From positions 1,312,001 through 1,376,000 of the forward strand of contig CAXXSR010000001.1 in assembly GCA_963662615.2 (NCBI GenBank): a stretch of 64,000 bases of DNA, given 5' to 3'. The stretch is from Dehalococcoidia bacterium (GTDB lineage Bacteria; Chloroflexota; Dehalococcoidia; Bin125). The notes under the pieces were generated by a model, which had not been told where the DNA came from, made no database searches, and saw nothing but the letters and a program-made list of their open reading frames with translations. The position numbers were made by a program, and so were the translations under genes. Positions 1 through 9,251 of the stretch are shown one piece after another; position 1 is the first letter of the stretch; each line of letters starts with the position of its first letter.

Positions 1-32
1 TCAGCTCTGATAGCGGAAACGGAGGCAGCCCT

Positions 33-338
33 GTGCGGTTCTTGATGAAAGTGACGTTGCCTGTTGAGACTGCCAAGGCCAAGGACGGCACCCTGGGCTC
101 CACTATTCAAGCGATCCTCGCGGAGCAGCATCCCGAAGCGGCCTACTTCATGGCGGACCAGGGCGAGCGGACAGGGATCCTGATCGTCAACATGGACGAC
201 ACGTCCCAACTGCCCGCGTTGGCCGAACCGTGGTTCCTCGCCTTCAACGCTGGAGTCGAGCTGCATCCGGTAATGGTCGCTGAGGATCTGGGCAAGGCCG
301 GGCCCAGCATCGAACAGGCAGTGAAGGCCTACGGCTAA
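33..338 (+). CDS. Small conserved hypothetical protein (DUF3303-like)
   Basis: 101 aa ORF with GGAGG RBS before the GTG; the MRFLMKV...PEAAYF...PALAEPWF pattern resembles a widespread small family. Confidence 0.7.
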   Translation: MRFLMKVTLPVETAKAKDGTLGSTIQAILAEQHPEAAYFMADQGERTGILIVNMDDTSQLPALAEPWFLAFNAGVELHPVMVAEDLGKAGPSIEQAVKAYG

Positions 339-534
339 ACCGTTCCCGAGCCGGCGAAGCCCAAGGTCCGTTCCCTCCCGTCACCATCCCCGCGACCGTA
401 TCCTTGGTTGAGCGGACGGCCGCACCCCGGATGCCCTCTCTTCGCGGTCCCGCGGCCGCCATCGCGATTGCCGGGCCTGGGCGTGCGTGCAGGGGACCAA
501 CAACGAGCTTGAGCCCGCTCGCTCGGGAGGCGTG

Positions 535-1647
535 ATGTCGCACCCAAACGACAGCAATCGATTTTGGATCGTGGGCGACGGCAGTGGCCTCGCCCCCGGA
601 GACAGTTTCCACAAAGAAGAGGTCCAGCTCGCCCTGCGCAACAAGGGGATGCCCCTGGAAGGGCTGCGCTATCCCATCACGCCCACCGGCATGCACTACC
701 TCCTCGTTCACTTCGACATCCCCAACGTCAACGTCAGGGAATGGCGATTGCGAGTAGAGGGATTGCTCTCCAATCCCTTGAGCTTGAGCCTCAATGACAT
801 CAAGACGCGCCCCGCCATCACCATCACGGTCACCATGGAATGCGCCGGCAACGGCCGCGCCCTCCTCACGCCCCGTCCCATCAGCCACCCCTGGCTGGTT
901 GGCGCGGTAGGCACCGCCGAGTGGACGGGCGTCCCCTTGCGGGGGCTCCTGGACGAAGCAGGCCTGCGGGACGACGCCACGGAGATCGTCTTCAGCGGCA
1001 GCGACAGAGGCGTGGAAGGAGGTCACGTCCACGCCTTCGAGCGCAGCCTCAGCCGCGACGAGGCGTGCCGCAACGACGTGATCTTGGCCTACGAGATGAA
1101 CGGTCGGGCGCTCCCGCCTCAGCACGGCTATCCGCTCCGGCTCATCGTGCCCGATTGGTACGGGATGGCGAGCGTGAAGTGGCTGGAGCGCATCGAATCC
1201 CGGAGCGAACCGTTCCCGGGCTACCAGATGACGCAGTCCTATCGCTACGCCAACGACGCGGACGACCCCGGAGAGCCGGTGACGCTGATCCGCGTGCGCG
1301 CCCTGATGGCGCCGCCCGGCATCCCGGATTTCCTGACGCGCGCACGCCTGGTCCCGGCGGGGCCGATCACCCTCTCCGGTCGAGCCTGGGCCGGCCGCGC
1401 CGGTGTCACCCGCGTCGACGTGAGCACGGACGACGGCGTCACCTGGTCACCGGCGCACCTGGACGGGCCGCTCTCGCCGTTCGCCTGGCGCGCCTGGTCC
1501 TTCCACTGGGACGCCTTGCCCTGCCACCACACGCTCTCCGTCCGCCCCACCGACAGACAGGGCGACGTGCAGCCGCTCGCGCCGCGCTGGAACTTCCAGG
1601 GGATGGGAAACAACGCGGTCCAGCGCGTTGCCGTCGTCGTCGAATAG
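535..1647 (+). CDS. Sulfite oxidase family molybdopterin oxidoreductase
   Basis: MECAGNGR Mo-ligand motif, AEWTGV, HGYPLRLIVP, SVKWL and a C-terminal dimerisation domain; ATG 535 follows GGGAGG. Confidence 0.9.
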   Translation: MSHPNDSNRFWIVGDGSGLAPGDSFHKEEVQLALRNKGMPLEGLRYPITPTGMHYLLVHFDIPNVNVREWRLRVEGLLSNPLSLSLNDIKTRPAITITVTMECAGNGRALLTPRPISHPWLVGAVGTAEWTGVPLRGLLDEAGLRDDATEIVFSGSDRGVEGGHVHAFERSLSRDEACRNDVILAYEMNGRALPPQHGYPLRLIVPDWYGMASVKWLERIESRSEPFPGYQMTQSYRYANDADDPGEPVTLIRVRALMAPPGIPDFLTRARLVPAGPITLSGRAWAGRAGVTRVDVSTDDGVTWSPAHLDGPLSPFAWRAWSFHWDALPCHHTLSVRPTDRQGDVQPLAPRWNFQGMGNNAVQRVAVVVE

Positions 1648-1699
1648 GGGCGTGAGCGCGGCGGAGCGGCGCGCTCCATTGCTGCCGGTACCGCGACCG

Positions 1700-2101
1700 C
1701 TAGCCGCTGAACGTGGCCGCCCCCGCGCGCGCGCACTCGCCGTCCTGCTCATCGCTGCCGCCGCTGCAGCCCATGCCGCCGATCACCACGCCGCTCTCCC
1801 GGATCGCCGTGCAGCTCTCCGCAAAGAAGATGCGGCCGTGGTAGAGCTGCGCCAGGCTGGGCAGAAACTTCTGCAACTGCGGGGCCTGCAACTCACTGCC
1901 ATCGCGGCGCATCGCCGCGGCCGTGAACGCCTTGGCCTGCGACACCTCCACGCTGATCCAGGGCGCGCCGTCCATGCGGCCGAACGCCGCCAGGCGTCCT
2001 TCCGCGTCCACGACGGCCGTACTGATCTGGATGCCCAGCGCCTTCGCCTTCTCTTGGCTGGCCTCCACCATCGCCTGGGCGGCGGCATACGTCAGCGGCA
2101 T
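1700..2101 (-). CDS. GlcG/HbpS family heme-binding protein
   Basis: AVVDAEGRL-RMDGA-S..KAFTA and C-terminal G.SGG..EQD..CA motifs. Confidence 0.85.
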   Translation of the reverse strand: MPLTYAAAQAMVEASQEKAKALGIQISTAVVDAEGRLAAFGRMDGAPWISVEVSQAKAFTAAAMRRDGSELQAPQLQKFLPSLAQLYHGRIFFAESCTAIRESGVVIGGMGCSGGSDEQDGECARAGAATFSG

Positions 2102-2236
2102 CGCTCGACTCCCCCCTTTGTCGACGTCCCGGACATCCGGGAGCGATTCGGCTGCGGGCACCGCGCTCGGTAGCGCTCGGCAGCACACGCCAGGCTACCA
2201 TAACCGCCGAGAGCCGACGCTCCCGGAGGTTCGCGC

Positions 2237-2737
2237 ATGGCAGGCGCCAAGGGGCCCTCGCCGCTGCACCGATTCCTCGCCGCCCGACTGCTCCTCTGCG
2301 CCGCCGGGGGCGTCCTCATCGCCGTCGGATCATTCCTCCCCTGGTCGCAGGTCACGCTCCCCTTCCTGGGCACGATCTCTTTGAGCGGCTTCGATACTGG
2401 GCGCAACGGAGACCTCACGCTCCCCCTCGGCCTGGCTCTCCTGGCGTTGACGTTGCCACCAGAGGGCGCGCTGTTGCGGCTGAGCGGACTGCTGGGCCTC
2501 GGCATCGCCATCGCCGTTATTGCCGTGGCCGTGACAGACCCCTTTGAACTGCTCGACCGCCAGGCGCTCATCGACCAGCTCGGGGTAGACCTCATCATCG
2601 ACACCGGCGTCGGCGTCGGTCTGATCCTCGTGATCGTTGGCGGTGCAATCGGCGCCTTGGGAATGGCCATGGCCGTCGTCGCCGGCCCGGGCGGCTGGGA
2701 GCGGAGCTTCCCGGCCCGGCTGCGTCCGGCCCGCTAG
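2237..2737 (+). CDS. Integral membrane protein, about 4 TM
   Basis: Hydrophobic segments, GSFLPW motif, GGAGG RBS. Confidence 0.65.
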   Translation: MAGAKGPSPLHRFLAARLLLCAAGGVLIAVGSFLPWSQVTLPFLGTISLSGFDTGRNGDLTLPLGLALLALTLPPEGALLRLSGLLGLGIAIAVIAVAVTDPFELLDRQALIDQLGVDLIIDTGVGVGLILVIVGGAIGALGMAMAVVAGPGGWERSFPARLRPAR

Positions 2738-2846
2738 TTCGTCGGTCGCGTGCTCTCCACCATCCACTCCCGGTAGGGCTCGGCTGCGTGCCGGCATCTC
2801 CGGGGGCTGCCTGCTGGACGCGAGCGGGCTACGCTTTGCAATCGGC

Positions 2847-3728
2847 ATGCGCATCACCATCCGCGACCATGTGATCGACTGCACGGACCGCACCGCCATT
2901 ATGGCGGTCCTTAACCTCGCTACCGATTCGCCTGTGCGAGAGTCGGTCGTTGCCGTCGACGAGGCGGTCCGGCGCGCCGCCGCCCTGCGCGACGCCGGCG
3001 CCGAAATCATCGACGTAGGCGCTCATTCCACTCGCACCGGCGGTGAGACGGTCACCCCGCAGGGCGAGATCGACCGGCTCTGCCCCGTGGTCGAAGCGCT
3101 GCGGGCGCAGGATCACCTGATCTCCGTGGATACGTGGACGGCAAGCGTCGCGCGCGCGGCGGCCCAGGCCGGCGCCGATCTTCTCAACGACGTCTCGGCC
3201 GGCAGCGATCCCGAGATGGCCCGCGTAGCGGCCGATTTCCAGCTGCCGCTCATCATCATGCACATGCGCGGCCGGCCCAAAGAGCACCGCCGCGCCGACC
3301 AGCGCTACAACGATGTCGCCGGCGAGGTCCGCGACTTCTTGGCGCAACGCGCGGCCGCACTCACCGCCGGCGGCGTTGGTGAAGTCTGGCTAGATCCCGG
3401 CTTCGAGTTTGCCAAGACTGCGCCGGACAACGTGCGCCTGCTCCTGGACCTTCCCAACCTCTTGAGGCTGGGGCGGCCGATCGTGATCTCCGCCTCGCGC
3501 AAGAGCTTCCTGGCGGAGCTGCTGGGCCATCCCAAGCTGCCGTCCTCGGAAGTGCAAGCGCTCGACGGCCTCCTCGAGGCCACCCTCGCCTTCAACGCGC
3601 TGGCCGCCTACTTGGGCACGCACATCGTCCGCGTGCACGACGTCCCCGCCACCGCAGCAACGCTTCGTGTCGTCAACGCGGTGCGGGCGCAGCGGCGCCA
3701 GGAGAGGCCAAGCGATGCGCGCGGCTAA
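2847..3728 (+). CDS. folP: Dihydropteroate synthase (divergent loops)
   Basis: IIDVG..STR, ISVDT, LNDVS, MHMRG, DPG, SRKSF and RVHDV motifs. Confidence 0.85.
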   Translation: MRITIRDHVIDCTDRTAIMAVLNLATDSPVRESVVAVDEAVRRAAALRDAGAEIIDVGAHSTRTGGETVTPQGEIDRLCPVVEALRAQDHLISVDTWTASVARAAAQAGADLLNDVSAGSDPEMARVAADFQLPLIIMHMRGRPKEHRRADQRYNDVAGEVRDFLAQRAAALTAGGVGEVWLDPGFEFAKTAPDNVRLLLDLPNLLRLGRPIVISASRKSFLAELLGHPKLPSSEVQALDGLLEATLAFNALAAYLGTHIVRVHDVPATAATLRVVNAVRAQRRQERPSDARG

Positions 3729-3883
3729 TCTCCAGCGCGCTCAGCGCCCCCTCTGCCTCCGCGCGAGCGCCGTCTCTCAAGCCGCCGTCTCTTGAGTGAA
3801 ACACGGCTCGCAGAGCGCAGCCAGATGGCGGACTAGACTAGAAAGAGGAACCACAGAGGCGCACCCAGACAAGGATTATTCGT

Positions 3884-4729
3884 GTGACCACGACCCCGGT
3901 TGTCGACGCCGCCGACGCCACCTTCGCCAGCGATGTGATCGAGCGCTCCAATGAGCTGCCCGTCGTGGTGGATTTCTGGGCGCCTTGGTGCGGGCCTTGC
4001 CGCCTGCTCGGCCCTCTCCTCGAACAGGTCGCCGGCGAGTACGCCGGACAGGTCCAGCTCGTCAAGGTCAACACCGACGAGAATCCCCAGGTCTCCCTCC
4101 GCTACCGCATTCAAGGCATCCCGGCCGTGATCGCCTTCCGCGGAGGAGAGCCCATCAACCAGTTCGTGGGGGCGCTGCCGGAGCCGGAGGTCCGCCACTT
4201 CTTCCAGGCGATCGTCCCCTCCGACGTCGATCGCAAAGTCGCGGAGGCGGAGCAGCTCCTCCACCAGGGCCAGCCCGGCGCGGCGCGAGCAGCCTTCGAG
4301 GCGGTCCTGGGGGACGACCCAGAGCATCAGGCCGCCTCGCTCGGCCTGGCCTCGCTCCTCGCCACCACCGGCGAATACGATCGGGCCACCACATTGGCGT
4401 CGAAATGGCCGGGCGACCCCGCCGCCAAGCGCGTGCTCGGCATCGTCAACTTTCAGCGCGCTGCCGGCGACGCCGACGCCGCCACCCTAGTGGCCCGCCT
4501 TGCCGCCAACGACGCCGACTCGGACGCGCACTACAAGCTCGGCAACGTGCTCGCGGTGCAGGGAGACTGGCCCAGCGCGCTGGAGCACCTGCTCGCCACC
4601 GTCCGGCTCGACCGCAGCCTGGAGAACGACGGCGGCCGCGTCCGCCTCCTGGATGCCTTCAACGTCCTAGGCGAAGGCGACGCACTGACCCAGGAGTACC
4701 GCCGCAAGTTGGGGGCGCTGCTCTTCTAG
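3884..4729 (+). CDS. cnoX: Thioredoxin-TPR chaperedoxin (CnoX/YbbN-like)
   Basis: WAPWCGPC thioredoxin domain, TPR region, ends YRRKLGALLF. Confidence 0.88.
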   Translation: MTTTPVVDAADATFASDVIERSNELPVVVDFWAPWCGPCRLLGPLLEQVAGEYAGQVQLVKVNTDENPQVSLRYRIQGIPAVIAFRGGEPINQFVGALPEPEVRHFFQAIVPSDVDRKVAEAEQLLHQGQPGAARAAFEAVLGDDPEHQAASLGLASLLATTGEYDRATTLASKWPGDPAAKRVLGIVNFQRAAGDADAATLVARLAANDADSDAHYKLGNVLAVQGDWPSALEHLLATVRLDRSLENDGGRVRLLDAFNVLGEGDALTQEYRRKLGALLF

Positions 4730-5073
4730 CTCTCCCCGTTGCCCGGACTCTCCAACCGCTCTTCGTCGCCGTCGTCCTCACGCTCTCGCTTCGCCCACGC
4801 CCAGGCGAAAAGAATAGCAGTGGCCGCAACGAAGACCGCCGGTATGAAGATCGCGACGGCCAGGTCCTCGTCGCTGACAGCGAATTCGTCGTCCGCGGCG
4901 GCGGCCGAGGACGCGGCACCCAGCGCCGCTTCCTCGGCGGCCGAGGCCGCCGGAGCGGACAGCAGGGCGAGCAGCAAGAGCAGCGTGAAAAGGCCCGCCG
5001 CGGCCGCTGCTCGCAGCGTCCCCCGCTTCCACGGCCAGGCCGGCGGTTGCCCCAGGCTCACGATCCCCCTCAT
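4726..5073 (-). CDS. Hypothetical protein with signal-like segment and C-terminal TM anchor
   Basis: Hydrophobic signal ending APAASA, a second TM, then a charged tail; start uncertain. Confidence 0.5.
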   Translation of the reverse strand: MRGIVSLGQPPAWPWKRGTLRAAAAAGLFTLLLLLALLSAPAASAAEEAALGAASSAAAADDEFAVSDEDLAVAIFIPAVFVAATAILFAWAWAKREREDDGDEERLESPGNGES

Positions 5074-5238
5074 CGACGCCGATAACGCCAGTGTGGTCGC
5101 TGCCTCCCTGCCGGTCAACCGCGCCTTGCCGCCGCCCGCGCCTGCGGGCAGCCGCCACCGCGTCGATGATCAGAGGACGCCAGCGCGCCGGGCGTTTCGC
5201 TCCGGCCTCCGCCGCTGCGCGCGGGAAACGGGAAGCGC

Positions 5239-7638
5239 ATGCCCTCTTTGCGCGCAGCCGCCGACGTGCGACGGGCGGCCATCGCCATCGCCCTTACCCT
5301 CGCAACAGTGCTCGTCGTGGCCGCGGCCGTCGCCCCACCACTACGCACGCACGCACAGACGCTCACACAGATCACTTTCGTCAGCGCCTCCCGTGCCCCC
5401 TCCGCGGTCACCGCCGGCAGCACCGACGTCCCCTTCCTCAACCTCACTGCGACCGTCTCCGCCGCGACCGCACGCATTGACCGGCTCACCCGCACCGGCA
5501 CGGCCGCTGACGGCGATACCGCCGTCGACGGCATCCGGCTCTGGTTTGACGCCAACGGCAATGGGCTCGTGGACGGCGTCGATCAACTCCTGGACACCGC
5601 AACATTCCTCCAGGGCGTCGCGCTCCTGAAACCGGACTTCGTTGTCGCCTGGACCGCGCCAGCCCTGCTCATCGTCACCGTCGACGTTCGCCCCACCGCT
5701 GGCGCAGGTTCGACCTTGGGCCTCCAGATCGACAGCGCCACTAGCCTCTCCCTCTCCGCCGACGCGCTGATCGCCGGCGACTTCCCGGCCGACTCCGGAC
5801 TGGCCACCATTCTCGCCCTGCCGGACTCGCCCTCTACGGTGGGAGCCGGTACCTCCGTCTCGGGCAACACCACCACCACGGTCCAGACCGCGGACGGCCT
5901 CATCACGGCGACGGTTCCCGCCGGAGCAACCGCCGTCGATCTGATCGTATCGCTCGCCTTGGTGGACTCGGCGCTGCTGCCGGACCGCCCGGGAACGCCG
6001 GCGAGCGCCGCCTATCGCTTGACCTGGAGCGCCACCGACGGCGCCACGCCGCAGGTGCTCGCCGCAGCCGTTCGCATTGAACTGGACCTCGCCGCGATCA
6101 TGCAGGGCGGAGAGGACCATTCTCAGCTCACCGTGATCGCCCTGACCGCCAATGGCGCCTGGCAGGCGCTGCCCTCCACACTCTCGGCCGACGGACTGCG
6201 TCTTATCATCTCCGTGTCCGTCGAAGTGACGTTCTCCCTCGTCATCCTTCCGGGTGCCGTAGCCGATCTCCTCCCGCCGGCAGGCGGCGTCGTGGTGTCG
6301 GCTGACGGGACGGCTCAAGCCATCCTGCCCGCCGGCGCCGTGACCGAGCCGGTGCTGTTGAGCCTGACGCCGTCCCACGCGCCCGCCCCCACGCTCCCCG
6401 GCAGCAGCCGCGCCGTGGGCACTCCGCTGGCGTTCCGTCAGCAGAACCCCGCAACAGGAGAGCCCGCCGATCTGTCCGCCCCCATCACACTGGCCCTGCA
6501 GACGCCGGACCTGAGCGACGTTCCCGGCTGCGAGAGCCCCTGCGCCGTCGCCGTGTATGCCATCCCGAGCGACGGCGGCACGCCGGTCCCCGTGCCCTCC
6601 CGCCTCAGCAACGACGGCCTCCACGTCCTCATAGACGTTTCCGTGGACGTCACGCTGGTCCTGGTCGCCGGGCCCGACATCGCCAGCGGTACCATCGCCG
6701 CCGGCGCCGCCGGCGTCGTCGTCAGCGTCGACGGACGCATCCGGCTTGCCGCGCCGGCCGGCGCCGAAGATCTCACCGTCACGGTCGGGCCCGTGGTGCT
6801 GGACCCGGCCATCGCCGCGCAGGTCGGCTCGGACCTCGTGTTCGCCCCGCAGCACGTCGCCTTTGCCGAAGGCGCCGCTGGCGCGGGGCGCTCCGGTCGC
6901 GAGACGACGCTTGAGATCGCCCTCGACGCGCTCGCGCCCAACGTCGATCCCGCGCAGCTCCAGGCCTTCGGAGTGCCTGCCCATGCCGCCAACGCGGACG
7001 CCGCCACGCCCCGCCTGCTTCCGGCCGTTGTTGACACGGATGCGGACCTCGTCCGCATCGCCGTCAACGTCGACACGACGGTGTTCCTGACACAATTCGC
7101 TGCTTGCCGCGGGGTACCGCTGGAGGCGGGGTGGAATCTGGTCACGTTTAGCGGCCCCGAAGGAATGCCGGCGCCATTCCTCCACACCTTGCTCGGTGAC
7201 CGCCTCATTGCCGTGGACCGCTGGAACGCCGGCGACCGCCGCTACGACACCTATTTCCCTGCCCTCCCAATATCGCAATCGCTCCAGCGCTTCCGGGCGG
7301 AGGACGCGCTCTGGGTCCTCATCGCGGACGGCCCTGCACTGGCCTGGTGCATGGCGGATACACCGCCCGCCTCCCGCTCGGTCGCACTCCACCCTGGCTG
7401 GAACCTGGTCTCGTGGGCGGGGCCGGATACGCCGGCGCCCGAACTCCTGGCGCCGCTTCGCCACGACCTCATCTCGGTCTTCGTCTGGGACCCTCACACT
7501 GCCAGCTTGAACCCCCTCCTGCTGGCCATTGGCCCCATCTTCCCTACGCTGGTGAGCACCCGCGATGCGATGTGGCTCCTGGTCGCTGGGGACATCCCCG
7601 TCACCTGGAACCAGCCCGGCGCGGGCCCCGGAGGCTGA
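5239..7638 (+). CDS. Large secreted/cell-surface protein with three ZU5-like repeats and two C-terminal GWNLV repeats
   Basis: Signal peptide, repeated (T/S)xDG...PAGA modules, LEAGWNLV and LHPGWNLV. Confidence 0.7.
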   Translation: MPSLRAAADVRRAAIAIALTLATVLVVAAAVAPPLRTHAQTLTQITFVSASRAPSAVTAGSTDVPFLNLTATVSAATARIDRLTRTGTAADGDTAVDGIRLWFDANGNGLVDGVDQLLDTATFLQGVALLKPDFVVAWTAPALLIVTVDVRPTAGAGSTLGLQIDSATSLSLSADALIAGDFPADSGLATILALPDSPSTVGAGTSVSGNTTTTVQTADGLITATVPAGATAVDLIVSLALVDSALLPDRPGTPASAAYRLTWSATDGATPQVLAAAVRIELDLAAIMQGGEDHSQLTVIALTANGAWQALPSTLSADGLRLIISVSVEVTFSLVILPGAVADLLPPAGGVVVSADGTAQAILPAGAVTEPVLLSLTPSHAPAPTLPGSSRAVGTPLAFRQQNPATGEPADLSAPITLALQTPDLSDVPGCESPCAVAVYAIPSDGGTPVPVPSRLSNDGLHVLIDVSVDVTLVLVAGPDIASGTIAAGAAGVVVSVDGRIRLAAPAGAEDLTVTVGPVVLDPAIAAQVGSDLVFAPQHVAFAEGAAGAGRSGRETTLEIALDALAPNVDPAQLQAFGVPAHAANADAATPRLLPAVVDTDADLVRIAVNVDTTVFLTQFAACRGVPLEAGWNLVTFSGPEGMPAPFLHTLLGDRLIAVDRWNAGDRRYDTYFPALPISQSLQRFRAEDALWVLIADGPALAWCMADTPPASRSVALHPGWNLVSWAGPDTPAPELLAPLRHDLISVFVWDPHTASLNPLLLAIGPIFPTLVSTRDAMWLLVAGDIPVTWNQPGAGPGG

Positions 7639-7673
7639 CGCCGAGCCCGAAGCCCGTAGGCTACACTGCCCGC

Positions 7674-9239
7674 ATGAACCCGCCCGGCGCCTTCACCCTG
7701 AGCGACGATCAGGGCACGGCCCACCACTTCCCCAACCACACGCCCACGCTCTTGGCCTTCGTCAAAGAGGACTGCGAGACCTGCGATCTGACGCTCCCCT
7801 TGATCGAGGCGATTCATCAAGCGGCGGGAACCGGCGTTGACGTCGTCGCCATCGCCCAGGGGAGCGCCGACATCCCCGTCCTGCGAGATCGGCACCACCT
7901 GACCATGCCCATGCTGGACGACGCCGGCCTCGACGTCTCTTACGAGGCCGACCTGGATACCGTGCCCTCGCTGTTCCTCTACGACGCCGACGGCCACTGT
8001 CGCTTCCAAACCTACGGCTTCGACAAGGACCAGTGGCAGGAACTCACGACGGCCACCATGCAGATGGCCGCCAACTCTCAAGCGGCGCCCTCCATCAACT
8101 GGGACGCGCTGCCCAATCTCAAGCCCGGCTGCGGCGCCCGCAACGTCGATCCCGATGTGGCGGTACGGCTGGCTGCCCGCAAGAGCGGCGGCCTCCGCGC
8201 CCGAGTCATCGATATCGGCGCGCACGACGACGTGCACGAATTCCTTTTCGACCAGGGCTTCACGGACGGCCTCGCCGTTGTCCCACCCACCGCGGAGCGC
8301 GTCTGGCGAATGCTCCAGGGCACCAAGCGCGATCCGCAGGAGGTCGTGGCGGAAGTGCCGCCGAACCTCGCTCCCGCCACCGTGGAGAAAATCGCGATCA
8401 ACGCCGTCATGGCCGGCGCCAAGCCGGAGTACCTGCCCGTCATCCTGACCGCCGTGGAAGCCGCCTGCACCGACGAGTTCAATATCCACGGCGTCCTCGG
8501 CACCACCTGGGTCTCGGGACCCGTCATCGTGGTCAACGGCCCCATCCGTCACCGTCTGGGCATGAACATGAAGATGAACGTGCTGGGCCAGGGCAATCGC
8601 GCCAATTCCACCATCGGGCGCGCCCTCCAGTTGGTGATACGGAACGTCGGCGGCGGCCGGCCCGGTGAGGTCGATCGCGCAGCCCAGGGCGGCCCTCACA
8701 AGGTCGGTTTCTGTTTTCCCGAGTGGGAGGAGCGATCGCCCTGGGAGCCGCTCCACGTGGAACGCGGCTTCGCCCCCAGCGATTCCACCGTCACCCTCTT
8801 CGCCGGCAACGGACCGCAGCCGGTCGCCGACCAGCGGTCGCGCAACGCCGCATCGCTCGTGGCCAGCTTCGCCCTCAGCCTAGAGACGCACTGGCACCGG
8901 AAGCTGCGCAATCTGGGCGAGGTCATGGTCGTGGTGTCGCCGGAACATGTCGACACCATCGCCGCCAGCGGCTGGAGCAAGGACCAGGTTCGTCGCCACA
9001 TCCAGACGGCCATCGCGCGGCCGGCTCGGGACGTGCTCGGCGACGAAGACTGCGCCGAAGGCGTTCCGTCCGCGCTCGCCGGGGATGACCTCGATCGCAA
9101 GTTGCCGAAGTTCCGCGACGACTCGATGATCAATCTCGTCGTTGCCGGCGGCGAGGCGGGGATGTTCTCCGTAATCCTGGGCGGCTGGGCCAGCGGCCCC
9201 GGCGGATCGATCAGCACGACGCGCAAGATCGAAGAATAG
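7674..9239 (+). CDS. Thioredoxin-fold (CETC) domain fused to a UGSC-associated domain
   Basis: N-terminal AhpC/TSA-like FTLSD..FVKEDCETC, linker PGCG, C-terminal GFTDGLAVVPPT / ATVEKIAINAVMAG / GNRANSTIGRAL; TACACT lies 6 nt before the ATG. Confidence 0.8.
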   Translation: MNPPGAFTLSDDQGTAHHFPNHTPTLLAFVKEDCETCDLTLPLIEAIHQAAGTGVDVVAIAQGSADIPVLRDRHHLTMPMLDDAGLDVSYEADLDTVPSLFLYDADGHCRFQTYGFDKDQWQELTTATMQMAANSQAAPSINWDALPNLKPGCGARNVDPDVAVRLAARKSGGLRARVIDIGAHDDVHEFLFDQGFTDGLAVVPPTAERVWRMLQGTKRDPQEVVAEVPPNLAPATVEKIAINAVMAGAKPEYLPVILTAVEAACTDEFNIHGVLGTTWVSGPVIVVNGPIRHRLGMNMKMNVLGQGNRANSTIGRALQLVIRNVGGGRPGEVDRAAQGGPHKVGFCFPEWEERSPWEPLHVERGFAPSDSTVTLFAGNGPQPVADQRSRNAASLVASFALSLETHWHRKLRNLGEVMVVVSPEHVDTIAASGWSKDQVRRHIQTAIARPARDVLGDEDCAEGVPSALAGDDLDRKLPKFRDDSMINLVVAGGEAGMFSVILGGWASGPGGSISTTRKIEE

Positions 9240-9251
9240 GGGGCGCCAATC

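Noticed and set aside
400-534. Moco riboswitch upstream of the sulfite oxidase gene
   Set aside because: Hairpins exist, but I could not match the Moco consensus.
3776-3811. HspR (HAIR) operator upstream of cnoX
   Set aside because: CTTGAGT is present but the second half-site is poor, and CTCAAG-N9-CTTGAG has the opposite arrangement.
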